Shown: in pieces, positions 51,571 through 64,000 of the stretch
Numbering within the stretch: the stretch's first letter is position 1
How the letters are laid out: the number at the start of each line of letters is the position of its first letter
NCBI RefSeq assembly: GCF_009914755.1
Contig: NC_060940.1
Direction: 5' to 3' (one strand)
Source of the DNA: the human T2T-CHM13v2.0 reference genome, Homo sapiens
Length of the DNA stretch: 64,000 nt
Notes under the pieces: model-generated
What the model was told of the DNA's origin: nothing
What the model saw: only the letters and a program-made list of their open reading frames with translations
The model's database searches: none
Program-made: the position numbers and the translations under genes

Positions 51571-53836
51571 TCATTCTATTTAAAATAATTTTGTGACATA
51601 TTTATATCAGGAAACACAAGACACTCCAATGAGAAAGCTGTTTTTATGTGAGGTACAAAGCACTGGAGAGATGGAGATGTCCTTGAATTCTCAGAATTGC
51701 TAGAACTTGAATACCAAGGTCACCTCTGAATGGCAGTAGTCTGTCTGTGAGGACATCAATCAGCTCTGCCTTTAGGAATTTTTGAATGTGTGGACAAGAT
51801 CAAGAGTGTGATTTATTTTTATCCATCCTGGTTAGAGGGAAACTTCCAGTCCCAGGAAGTGGGTGATTTTAACTGAAACACCTGAGAGCTGCCATTCTGA
51901 GCAGTTTTGAACCCTGAGATCTATTGAAGATCTTTGGAGAAAGCAGTGGGGCCTATCTGCATTCTCCTCAACGTGTGATCCTGAGGATGTGGCCTAATTT
52001 CTGTACACTTTCATGTTAAAAGATGTAGATGGCAGACTGAAGTGACAATTTCATATGCAAACTCTATAATAGGTCATAACTGGAGAATAGTCTCATCACC
52101 AAGATTACTTCACTTACTTTCCTGGGAACCAGGGAGAACCTCCGTGAGCCCTCCCATCTGAGCACACAAAGAACTCTGCTCCTGCCCTGACAGATCACAC
52201 CTGTGACATGGGTACTTGAGGACAACAAGAATCAAGTCTATTGTCCTCATTCATATATTGACCAATCTAGCTTGATCCTTCTGTCTCTGAAAGGCCTCTC
52301 CTCCACTGAATTGCATGAACATACCTTCTGGTGAGGGGCATTGCAACTTTGGTATTTGATATTAGTTTAGTGAATTACATAATAAATATGCATCCATGGA
52401 TTTTGGTAACAGGAGAGTCATCAGAAGCTGGGTGAGTCATATAATCAGGACAAACCTGGGCTCTCTTCTTAGTACCTGGAAAGAGTGGGCTGACCTTCTG
52501 TGGGGCAACAGAGGGGAAGAGACAGACCAAACTTCCAGAACCAGGTGAGCTCCTCACTTTCCAGGTGGTCTCTGAGCCTTTTGTTTGAACCCATGCAGAA
52601 GGACCTGTCCTCGCCTTCAGTGAAATGGCAAAGTTGCAGAAAAGATCACAGTGACCAATAATTTTTACTTACAGAGATAAAAGTGTCATAGACCTGTAAA
52701 CATCAATGTGGGTGTGTATACGGTTTGCTAGGGTGTTCTCATACACCCACAAAAAATGAAATTATATTTTCTGGAAAGAAAACCAAAGGGCTTCTGAATT
52801 TGTAGGTTTTGTTATTCTCATATATGCCAGCTCCCATTTTAGGATGCTGCTCCCTAGGAACCAGGACATCGGCCCTCTGACCCTGATGACAGAACGAGCT
52901 GCTGAGGCTCAGTTCTGGACAAGAGCTACTGATAAGAGACTCACTTCCTCCACACAGCCCCACTCATGGCTGGAGGCTCTTCCCTGGGTGCAGCACCACA
53001 GAGGACATTGGGTCCCTGGTTCACAGCCCTGCTCCTGTGGCAGAGAGTCCACCCCAGCAAGAACTGCTTGCTGATAAAGTGGGAAACTTCTCCCCAACCC
53101 TCCGCTGAGCAGTCAGAGCCTATGCTGAGGGAGGAAAAAGCTCATCTGTCTCCATCTGCAGAAACTTACTTAGGAGCTCTGTCCCAGGAAAGAGGGGCTG
53201 CTGTAATTTAGCCATAATATAGAATCTTGAATCTGGTCTTAAACTACCTACATTCGTTTACAATAGAATGTGGAAAAGTTCAAAGCTTGAGTGTGCTCTC
53301 CAAAATATTGGAGGCTGTGGTGAAAGGAAGGCCCTTGGAAAGAAACAGGTGGATGCATGGGAGACAATGGCTAAACTGCAGGCCTGCTGGCTGGCTGGCT
53401 GGAGAAAACCAAGGAGGGAGAGACCTGGAGTTCTTCTGGGGTCAGAACAAATATCAGACACTCTTCAAACAAGCCCAGTTTTGTCTGTATTAGTCTGTGA
53501 TGCAATTCAAACCTTAGTGCTTTGTTAAAAAGAACAGAATTTTCAATCTGCAAGTGGTGGAATTCAACATCTGGGCCTGGTCAGGAAAGAGACAGAGAAA
53601 GCTCAGCCCATACAACTGATATCTGAGAATGGCAGTGTTTCTTACAACTATGTCCCTTTGGTCGTTGAGACTGGCTTCTCTCAATTAGTGTAATGTCTGG
53701 AGTTCACTTGTAATAGTTTGTGTATCGGTCATTTGTTAGTTTTTATGCTGATGGTATTCAATGTATAGATGGTGCCTACCTTCTTTGCCCATTCGAATTT
53801 TCATACATTCATGTTATTTTTAGTTTCTAACACATG

Positions 53837-53865
<29 letters not shown>
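53837..53865. repeat. (CA)n microsatellite
   Basis: About 14 perfect CA units. Confidence 0.9.
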
Positions 53866-53867
<2 letters not shown>

Positions 53868-54479
53868 TGTTGAATATTTGCATAGAGGTTTTGTTTGAAT
53901 ATAAAATTATATTTCTCTGAAGCAAATATTCAGGAGGGGGATTTTTAGGTAATGTGTTAAGGGCATATATAATTTTACAAGAAACTAAGAATTATTTTCC
54001 TGTGTAGCTGTTTCTATTTCCATTCCCATTAGCAATGTTTTAGACTCTGGAAACCTGGTATGCTCACCAGCATTGGTGTGATCCATCTTTCTTCTTAATT
54101 TCAGCCATTCTAAAAAGGGTGTTTGGGTATCTTATAGTGGTCTTGATTTGAATTTCTCTGATGAAAAATCCTGTTGAGATCCTGTTTATATGCCTATGTG
54201 TAATCTGTACATCTTCTTTAATGAAATGCCTGCACAAAACTTTGCCTATTTTATCCACGGGTTGCCTCTTCTTTTATTCACTGTTGAGTTTTGAAGTTTC
54301 TTACTATAATTACACAGGTGGTGATATGATTTGCAAATCTTCTCATCTAAAACTTGACATTCATTCTCTTAAAATCACTTGAGTACAAAAGGATTTTAAG
54401 TTAAATGAAGTTCAACTGATATTAATTTCATTTATTGATCATGATTTAAACTTTAATTTTCAAGATCTTTGGTCAACTA

Positions 54480-54632
54480 TTTTTTATTTATTTATTTATT
54501 TATTTTTATTATTATACTTTAAGTTTTAGGGTACATGTGCGCATTGTGCAGGTTAGTTACATATGTATATATGTGCCATGCTGGTGCGCTGCACCATCTT
54601 GTCATCTAGCATTAGGTATATCTCCCAATGCT
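54480..54632 (-). mobile_element. Short L1PA 3'-end fragment
   Basis: (ttta)n tail followed by attatactttaagttttagggtacatgtgc...ggtatatctcccaatgct. Confidence 0.8.
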
Positions 54633-54659
54633 TAATAATTTTATATTTTCAATTGTAAT

Positions 54660-57600
54660 TGCTTTTATCTTTATTTGTATAAATTTAAGGGCTATGGGTG
54701 CACCTTTGTTACACAGAAATATTACAGTGGTATTGGCTTTAGTGTACCCAACACCCAAGTAACGTACATTGTACCCATTAGGTGATTTTTCATCATGCTC
54801 CCAACTCCTACCCTCCCATTCTGCTAAGTCTCCAATGTCCATAATCCCTCTCTCCATATCCTTGTGTACACACTGTTTTCCTCCCACTTATAAGTAATAA
54901 TGTGTGATATGTGGCTTTCTGTTTGTGAGTTAGCTCACTAATTATAATGTCCCCCAGTTCTAGGCATCTTGCTGCAAAAGACACAGTTTCATTCCTTATT
55001 GTGGCTGACTAGTATTAAATTGTGCATATATGCTATATTCTTTTATAAAATCATCTGTCGGTGGACACTCAGGTTGTCATATATGCTATTGAGAATAGAT
55101 TTGTGGTAAACATAGAAGTGTGGGTATCTTTTTGAAATCGTGATTTCTTTGTCTTTGGGTAGTTACCCAGTAGTGGGATTGGTAGAATAAAGGCCAGTAC
55201 TGTTTCTCATTTTTTGGAAAGTCTCCATACTGTTTCCCCCCTCTCTCTCTCTTTTTTCCTTTTTTAACTATACTTTAAGTTCTGGGATACATGTGCAGAA
55301 TGTGCAGGTTTGTCACATAGGTATACATAGGCCATAGTGGTTTGCTGCACCCACCAACTCATCATCTACAATAGGTATTTCTCCTAATGCTAACCCCTCC
55401 AGCCCCCCACTCCCCAACAGTCTCGAGTGTGTGATGTTTGTTCCCCTCCCTGTGTCCTTGTGTTCTCATTGTTCAACTCCTACTTGTGAGTGAGAACATG
55501 TGGTGTTTGGTTTTATGTTCTTGTGATAGTTTGCTGAGAATGATGGTTTCCAGCTTCATCCATGTCCATGCAAAGCACATGAACTCATCCTTTTTATGGC
55601 TGCATAGTATTCCATGGTGTATATGTGCCACATTTTCTTTATCCAGCCTATCATTGATGGGCATTTGGGTTGGTTCCAAGTCTTTGCTATTGTCAACAGT
55701 GCTGCAATAAAAATATGTGTGCATGTGTCTTTATAGCAGAATGATTTATAATCCTTTGGGTATATACCAAACAATGAGATTGCTGGGACAAATGGTATTT
55801 CTAGTTCTATCTAGATCCTTGAATAATCACCACACTGTCTCCCACAATGGTTGAAGTAATTTACACTACCAACCACAGTGTAAAAACGTTCCTATTTCTC
55901 CACATCCTCTCCAGCAGCTTTTGTTTCCTGATTTTTTAGTCATCACTATTCTAACTGGCATGGGATGGCATCTCTTTGTGGTTTTGATTTGCATTTCTCA
56001 AATGACCAATGATGATGAACTTTATTTTATATGTTTGTTGGCTGAATAAACATTTTCTTTTGAGATGTGTCTGTTCATAACCTTCCCTCAATTTTTGATG
56101 GGGTTGTTTGTTTTTTTATTGTAAGTTTGTTTAAGTTCCTTGTAGATTCTAGATATTGGCCTATTGTCAGATGGATAGATTGCAAACAATTGCTCCCATT
56201 CTGTAGGCTGCCCATTCACTCTGAAGATAGTTTCTTTTGCTGTGCAGAAGCTCTTTAGTTTACTTAGATCTCATTTGTCAATTTTGACTTTTGTTGCAAT
56301 TGCTTTTGGTGTTTTAGTCATGAAGTCCTTGCACATGCCTATGTAATGAATCGTATTGCCTAGGTTTTCTTCTAGGACTTTTATGGTTTTAGGTCTCACA
56401 TTTAAGTCTTTAACCCACCATGAGTTAATTTTTGTATAAGGTGTAAGGAAGGGATCTAGTTTCAGTTTTCTGAATATGGTTAGCTAGTTTTCCCAACACC
56501 ATTTATTAAATAGGGGATCATTTTCCCCATTGCTTCTGTCAGGTTTTTCAAAGATCAGATGGGTGTAGATGTGTGGCATTATTTCTGAGACCTCTATTCT
56601 GTTCCATTGGTCTATATATCTGTTTTGGTACCAGTACCATGCTGTTTTGGTTACTGTAGCCTTGTAGTATAGTTTGAAGTCAGGTAGCATGATGCCTCCA
56701 GCTTTGTTCTTTTTCCTTAGGATTGTCTAGGCTATATGGGCTCTTTTTTGGTTCCATATGAAATTTAAGGTAGTTTTTTTCTAATTCTGTGAAGGAAGTC
56801 AATGGTAGCTTGATGGGGATAGCATTGAATCTATAAATTACTTCGGGCAATATGGCCATTTTCATGATATTAATTCTTCCTATCTATGAACATGGAATGT
56901 TTTTCCATTTGTTTCTGCCCTCTCTTATTTCCTTGGGCAGTGGTTTGTAGTTCTCTTGAAGAGGTCCTTCACATCCTTTGTAAGTTGTATTCCTAGGTAT
57001 TTTATTTTCTTTGTAGCAATTGTAAATGAGAGTTCACTCATGATTTGGCTCTCTGTCTTTCTATTATTGGTGTATAGGAATGTTTGTGATTTTTCCACAT
57101 TGATTTTGTATCCTTAGACTTTGCTGAAGTTGCTTATCAGCTTAAGGAGATTTGGGGCTGAGATGATGGGGTTTTCTAAATATATAATCATGTCATCTAC
57201 AAACAGAGACAGTTTGACTTCCTCTTTTCCTATTTGAATACCCTTTATTTATTTCTCTTGCCTGATTTCCCTGGCCAGAACTTCCAATACTATGTTGAAT
57301 GGGAGTGGTGAGACAGGGCATCCTTGTCTTGTGCCGGTTTCCAAATCCACCATGATCAAGTTGGCTTCATACCTGGGATGCAAGGCTGGTTCAACATATG
57401 CAAATCAATAAACATAATCCATCACATAAACAGAACCAATGGAAAAAAAAACATTATTATCTCAATAGATGCAGAAAAGGCCTTCAATAAAATTCAACAC
57501 CGATTCATACTAAAACCGCTCATTAACTAGGTATTGATGGAATGTATCTCAAAATAATAAGAGCTGTTTATGAGAAATGCATAGTCAATATCATACTCAA

Positions 57601-58380
57601 TCCATACTGTTTTCTATAGAGGTCGTACTCGTCCACATTCTCATCAACAGTGTCTAAGAGTTCACTTTACATTTCATCCTCTCCAACATCTGTTATTTTT
57701 GACTTTTTAATAATAGCCATTGTGAACGGTATGATATCTCACTACAGTTTTAATTTGCATTTCCCTGATGATTAGTGATGCTGATCATTTTTTATGTATC
57801 TATTGTCCATTTTTATGTGTTATTTACAAAAATGTCTACTCAAGTTGTTTGCTCATTTTAATGGGGTTATTTGGTTCTTGTTTTCTTTCGTAGTTGTTTG
57901 AGTTTCTTGTTAATTCTGCATATTAGTACTCCGTCAGAGGCACAGTGTGCAAATATTTTCTATCATTCTGCACTTTGTCTGTTCACTCTGTTGCTGTGAA
58001 GAAACTTGTTAGATTCATTAAGTCCCATTTGTCTATTATTTGCTTTTTGTCTTTTGGTTTTTGGCTTGTGCTTTTGAGTTCTTAGTCGTAAATTATTTAC
58101 CTAGGCCAGTGTCCAGAAGAGTTGTCCTGGTGTTTTATTTGAATACGTTTACAGTTTGAGGTCTTACATTTAAACCTTTAATCTATTTTCTGTTAATTAT
58201 TTACATGTTGAGGGTGGGTGTCCAGTTTAATTCATGTGCATATAGCTATCCAATTTCCCCAGCGCCCTTTATTGAATGAGGTGACCTTTCCCTGGTGTAT
58301 ACGTTGGTTAATTTTTGTTAACTTTGTCAAAGATCACTTGGCCATAGATTATGTGGCTCAATTCTGGGTTCTGCAAAATG
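54660..58380 (-). mobile_element. Older L1 (L1PB/L1MA-like) 3' region, split by a younger L1PA
   Basis: 3'UTR at 54660-55235 resumes at 57601 (ccatactgttttc...ttaataatagccatt...gtcccatttgtct) and continues as ORF2-like sequence to ~58380. Confidence 0.75.
55236..57600 (-). mobile_element. 5'-truncated, 5'-inverted L1PA (twin-primed)
   Basis: Minus-strand 3'UTR and ORF2 from ~55255 to ~57343, then plus-strand ORF2 ([17 protein letters not shown]) from ~57344 to 57600. TSD tccatactgttt at 55224-55235 and 57601-57612. Confidence 0.92.
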
Positions 58381-58519
58381 TACCCAAGAGCCTTGATTTT
58401 CCTGGGGCCTCAATACTGATCTGCTCACTGCTTGAACTCCGTTGACTCAGTGATGCTCCTATCATTGTCGTGGTTTGTTGTCATGCGATGGCTTTCCTAA
58501 AATTGTGGACAATTCTGTT

Positions 58520-59023
58520 TTCTTTTTTTTTTTTTAATTATTATACTTTAAGTTTTAGGGTACATGTGTACAATGTGCAGGTTAGTTACATATGTATCCA
58601 TGAGCCATGTTGGTGTGCTGCACCCATTAACTCATCATTTAGCATTAGGTATATCTCCTAATGCTGTCCCTCCCCCCTCCCCCCACCCCACAACAGTCCC
58701 CAGAGTGTGATCCCCTTCCTGTGTCCATGTGTTCTCATTGTTCAATTCCCACCTATGAGTGAGAACATGTGGTGTTCGGTTTTTTGTCCTTGTGATAGTT
58801 TACTGAGAATGATGGTTTCCAGTTTCATCCATGTCTCTACAAAGGACATGAATTCATCATTTTTTATGGCTGCATAATATTCCATGGTGTATATGTGCCA
58901 CATTTTCTTAATCCAGTCTATCATTGTTGGACATTTGGGTTGGTTCCAAGTCTTTGGTATTGTGAATAGTGCCACAATAAACATACGTGTGCATGTGTCT
59001 TTATAGCAGCATGATTTATAGTC
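58520..59023 (-). mobile_element. 5'-truncated L1PA 3' end (~500 bp)
   Basis: Poly-T, 3'UTR and ORF2 C-terminus (KTWNQPKCP...FSLIGGN, track ORF 58742-58984). Confidence 0.93.
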
Positions 59024-59690
59024 CTGTTCAAACTTGAGCTAGGAATTTCATAAGAAAAGTGTTGTCGAATTTTTCATTTCTTTTCCACATTGATCCTCAG
59101 ACTTACTGAGATGGGTTTCTGATGTCAAGCTGAGGCATTTTACTTTCCAAGTGTTGGATTTTATACTTACCTGGGTATTTAATCACCCCCTGTGTGGAAA
59201 TCAGCCTCATCTATCACACCTTCCCTATAAAATTTCTAGAAATTTATTTGTACACTGCAAGTGAGACACTCCATGATGAGGACACATTCTGTCTTTCTTG
59301 TTGTTTCATAAAATTACTTTATTAGTGTAAATTTGTCTCTGCAAGAAAAGATGGTATCTGGATTTTAATTAATCATCCTGCTCTTTTATCTCCACATTCT
59401 TCTCCAACACTATTTCCTGCAGTTTAAGAATGTCATATGTTATAGATATTTGTATTCAGACCCTTGGAAGGATATGAGCTCAAGAAATAAGTGGCCACAT
59501 ATCAGTGATGCATGTGGCCGAGGTAATGGGACTCTTAGATGCTCAATCTTTGTCAAACAGGATACAGCCTCTGCTTACATGGATCACTAACAGGGAGCAT
59601 GACATTTAATAATACAGAATAGGAAAACAGACAGGGCTCTGAGTCTGCTTGGTATAGGAAACACAAGCCCTGGCAGGAAATGGCATCTCA

Positions 59691-60229
<539 letters not shown>

Positions 60230-60303
60230 AGTGGGGCACAGGAGTCACTGAGCGAGGCCCCATTCTCAGCTTTTGAACCCAGAGGAGGGTGGAGCTGGCG
60301 GAG

Positions 60304-60311
60304 ATTTGCAT
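60304..60311 (-). promoter_or_regulatory. VH promoter octamer
   Basis: ATGCAAAT on the minus strand, ~75 bp upstream of the leader ATG. Confidence 0.88.
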
Positions 60312-60969
60312 CCCCTCATCTGAGTCCTACTCTATGGGGTGCACTCAGGTCTCAGGACTCAGTAGGGTAGTGCATCTGTGGTGAGGAGCAGTGAGCCCTC
60401 AGGTGTGGACTTCCACGTGTGCTCTCCATGGGGGACTCCATCTCATTTCAGGACCATGCCTCTCAGCCAAGGCTCTGAGATTCCTGCTCCTACAGACAGG
60501 GTCTTCTCTAAGTCTCACCCAGGCAGCATGCAGCTTTCTGGTTTTAGTCCTAGAGGATGAGAGGAGAAATCAATAGAGATGGTTTTCTTTCTTCCTTCAG
60601 GAGAAATGAGGGTGGGAATCTGGTAGAGCAAGGGGCTTCCGATAAGTTTCTGATAAAAATCCTCTTTGTTTAGGGGGAAAGCGATGATTTTTTTAAATGA
60701 TGGAGAATACATCAACAAAACATTTAAAAATGTATTGTGTAAAGAAGTGTAAATAGCATCTCAGCCATTTACACACTGCAAGACACACTGCTTATTAGTG
60801 TGTCTGCACATAGGTGCATTCCTGTAGGAATGTTCCATGGATAATCAATCTTGTCTTTATGCCCTGTCAGCCCTTTAGGAAGAGTAGACTGCATCTCTGA
60901 CATCCCTCTTCCAGCGCATGAGTGAGCAGAGGCTTTAAACAGGGTAATTGGAGGAATCCCAGGGGAGCA

Positions 60970-61482
60970 GCTGGCTTTTTGATCCCGCCGCCGCGGCTTT
61001 TTGCGGCTTTTGGCCCCCGCCGCTGCCGGTTTTTGCCGCCGCCGCAGGTTTCTCCCGCCGCGGCTTTCTGCCCCCGCCGACGCAGCTTTTTGCCGCTGCG
61101 GCTTTTTGCCCCCGCCGCCGCGGCTTTTTGCGGCTTTCTGCCCCCGCCGCCGCGGCTTTCTCTGCCGCGGCTTTTTGACCCCGTCGCCGCGGCTCTTTGC
61201 CCCCGCCGCCGCGGCTTTCGGCCTCGTCGCCGCGGCTTTCTGCCCCCGCCCCCGTTGCTTTTTGCTCCCGCCCGCACGGCTTTTTGCCTCCGCCGCCGCG
61301 GCTTTTTGCCCCCGCCACAGCGGCTTTTTGTGGCTTTTTGCCCCCGCTGCCACAGGTTGTTCCCACCGCGGCTTTTTGCCTCCGCCGCCACGGCTTTCTA
61401 CACCCGCCGCCGCAGCTTTTTGCCTTTGCGGCTTTTTGCACTCCCCCGCCCCGCCACTTTTTGCCCCCGCCGCCGCGGCTCT
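60970..61482. repeat. GCTTTTTGC / CAAAAAG GC-rich pericentromeric repeat
   Basis: About 20 or more degenerate units of gccgccgcggctttttgcccc, with CpGs largely retained. Confidence 0.93.
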
Positions 61483-61630
61483 GACTTCGGGATCCGCCGA
61501 CTAGGCTGCCAGCTCTACCGGCGTCCTGGCTCGGGCAGCGCCGAGGGGCGCTCCTCGTCCAGCTCTCCCAGCTCCGGGGTTTCTTGCCTAGACGCCCGCG
61601 CCCCTACCTCCCCGCCTTGACCGCTGCAGC

Positions 61631-61860
61631 CTGCATAGACTGGCGCTGCGCCCGGCTGCGATGGGAGAGAAAAAGGAGGGCGGTGGCGGGGGTGATGCGG
61701 TGGCGCAGAGGGAGGCGCAGGGGCCGCCGCTAGCCGGGTGCTGCAGCAGTGCGGGCAGCTCCAGAAGTTCATAGGCATCTCCATCGGCAGCCTGCTCGGG
61801 CTGCGCACCAAGTGCGCTGTGTCCAACGACCTCACCCAGCAGGAAATACGGACGATGGAC
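61631..61860 (+). pseudogene. KSR1 (kinase suppressor of Ras 1) exon-1 pseudogene fragment, followed by probable intron-1 sequence
   Basis: Translates as (L)[22 protein letters not shown]-[frameshift][51 protein letters not shown]|gtaag, matching the KSR1 N-terminus [23 protein letters not shown]...[11 protein letters not shown]. First Met is CTG, there is a 1-nt deletion near 61703, and the donor is intact at 61861. Confidence 0.88.
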
Positions 61861-62669
61861 GTAAGGGGGTCCGGGACACTGGCTGGGCTCGAGGAGTGGC
61901 CCGGACACCTCCCTTGGGGCCCCAATTCACTCCTGGCCGAGTTGCATCCTTGAGCCCGCGTGGCCCCCTTGGAGGCTTCTCTTCCCTCCTGCACTAGCTG
62001 ATGCGGCAGCCAGAGGACCCCGGACCAGCCCTCACCTTGGGCAGGATTTGTGGGGCGGGTGCGTGGTGGGAACTTGGATGGAGGCTTGAGGGGCCCGTGG
62101 GCGGGGTGGGCTGCGCGCAGACATCCCCTTACAACCCGAATTTCCATCTGGTCCAGCCCTCTCGTCTTGTAGGTGAGGAAACCAAAGGCCTGAGGGAGAA
62201 CTGACTTGCCAGGAACCTCTCTTAAAGAGAATTAACAAAGTGTGGTTATTAAAGGAGAACTGAGTTGGGAGTCAGACCTGGGAGCCCACACCCTTGGTTG
62301 AGACATTATACCACCTTGAGTCTGGCCTGTTGACTGAGGGTGAGCCACTCCATCCTCGTCTGATTGTGGGGTCTTGACCTCAAGGGGTTTCCTGCAGGAA
62401 GAAGCAGATGGGTTTGCTTTCCTAGCTCTGTCCAGTACCTTAGGGACCCTGAGGACTGGAGAGATTCTTGGAGAGCTATCTAGTGTATGTCATGGGTGGG
62501 CCTTTTTTGAAGGTCAGTCTGCCCAGTGGACTGGCTCAGCCCGAATGAACTCTCTTGAATCTTTGGAGTTGTCTGTGTACTTTTAAGGGCTTCTCATCCT
62601 TGCACCAAAAGATCCCCTGGAAATTAGGTGGGAAAACCTTAACTTTCATGGGGACTTTTTCATGCACAT

Positions 62670-62950
62670 GGCCAGGTGTGGTGGCTCACAACTGTTATCC
62701 TGTCCTGGATCCCTTGAGTCAAGGAGTTTGAGACCAACCTGGACAATATAGTGAGACCATGTCTCTACAAAAAATAAAATGTTAGCCAGGAGTGGTTGTG
62801 CACATCTGTAGTCCCAGCTACTACTGTGGCTAAGGTGGGCGGAGCACTTGAGCCTGCACTGAGCTGTGATCTCACCAGTGTACTGCAGCCTGGGCCACTG
62901 AGCAAGACCTTGACTCAAAAAAAAAATAAATAAATAAATAAAACAAAAAA
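62670..62950 (+). mobile_element. Old Alu (AluJ-like, internally deleted)
   Basis: ggccaggtgtggtggctcac...ctgtagtcccagctac...gcaagacct and an A-tail. Confidence 0.82.
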
Positions 62951-63060
62951 TATTCTTGAAGATTTTGCATTCTGTCCCACTATCCATTGGTTTTCATGTC
63001 AAGATAATGTCAGAAATTCTTTACAATTGCTTCCAGAAGGAGTAGCCTTTTGATCTAGTG

Positions 63061-63257
63061 CACAGGTGTCCAGTCTTTTGGCTTCTCAGGGCCACATTGG
63101 AAGAAGAATTCTCCTGGGCCACACATAAAATACACTATTGCTAACAACAGCTGATGAGCTTATAAAAAAAAAAAAAAGGTTTGTGCATAATTTTCATGAT
63201 ACCCACCACCACAGATAGGCAGAAAAGTCCTTTTAGTCAAAGGGTTGGACACGGCTG
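63061..63257. mobile_element. MER30-like hAT DNA transposon with 8-bp TSD
   Basis: Termini cacaggtgtcca ... ttggacacggctg; internal gggccacattggaagaagaatt; flanks atctagtg (63053-63060) and atctaatg (63258-63265). Confidence 0.75.
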
Positions 63258-63622
63258 ATCTAATGTCTTGTCATCTGTTTTGGCTTTCTCCCTGATTCCA
63301 GAATGCAGGTAGAGATGTAGAGAGGTGCTCTCAGGACAGCTGTTGAGATAAAAAAATTCGTTGTCATTTATTCCCAAGCACAGCTGTTTGTCATTTGCAT
63401 TAAAAAAGTCTCCATTTAAACTGCTGTCACATATAAAACCTGTTTATATAAGTCTGTATTTTTCTGTTGTCATGGCATTTGTGGGTAGTAGTGTGTTTTA
63501 ACTGAGCAAACTGTCCTTCAAATAATGAAGCCGAAGTCAGCCTACCTGCTTGCCATGTTTCTTCCCCTTCCATTTTTCTAACTTCAGGATAATTGTAAGA
63601 ATGAATTAAGATTTGTGTTTAA

Positions 63623-63768
63623 GGCCAGGCACAGTGTCTCAGGCCTGTAGTCTTAGCACTTTGGGAGGGGGAGACGGATGTATCGCTTGAGTTCAGGAGT
63701 TGAAGACCAGCCTGGGCAACATACTAAGACTCCGTTTTGTACAATTAAATTAAAATTTAAAAAAAGAA
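63623..63768 (+). mobile_element. Alu monomer (FLAM-like)
   Basis: A single left-arm-like monomer with an A-rich tail. Confidence 0.75.
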
Positions 63769-64000
63769 GAGGAAAAGACTTGTGTTTCAAATTTAAAAAA
63801 AGGTGGGGGAAGTGTAATGCAAAATGTGGACTATGCCAGCTATGATTAGGAAAAATAATTTTTCCTACAGCATTATCTGTAGACTTGTATTAGCAGCATA
63901 CTGGTCATAAGTGTTTTGCTTTCCTCAAATATGATGAGGTAAGGTACTTTAAAGTGTGGTGGGGCTTTCTTCCACGTGGCTCCTGGAGGTGTTCAGTCCC

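Noticed and set aside
60769-61620. Six long overlapping Lys/Ala/Arg- or Pro/Phe-rich ORFs (histone H1-like)
   Set aside because: Artefacts of a stop-free GC-rich tandem repeat.

Overview
This is human genomic DNA, a pericentromeric segmental-duplication mosaic most consistent with 16p11.2. That placement is inferred from the combination of an SLC6A8 paralogue, a BCAP31 3' fragment and IGHV orphons, and was not confirmed by search. From left to right the window holds: (1) the 5' ~5 kb of a young minus-strand L1HS (Ta-1d-type) with intact ORF1, ORF0 and an ORF2 open to the window edge, inserted into an Alu; (2) an IGH(14q32)-derived block with a clan-III VH pseudogene, a CTCF-motif VNTR and an IGHV1-17-like orphon; (3) a ~26 kb Xq28-derived block with a 13-exon unprocessed creatine-transporter pseudogene (SLC6A10P-type) and the last four exons of a BCAP31 pseudogene; (4) a ~3.2 kb CAGGG switch-like repeat plus a REP522-like repeat at the junction; (5) a second IGH-derived block with nested L1s and an IGHV2/OR16-5-like pseudogene; (6) a GCTTTTTGC (CAAAAAG) repeat followed by a KSR1 exon-1/intron-1 pseudogene fragment. 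I cannot support a wholly new biological system. The best leads are the potentially active L1 and an in-frame route from its ORF0 splice donor into the pseudogene exons, two residual ORFs created by the pseudogene lesions, a tandem CTCF-motif array, and duplicon junctions locatable from sequence. Most entries in the ORF track are artefacts of GC-rich or repetitive DNA.
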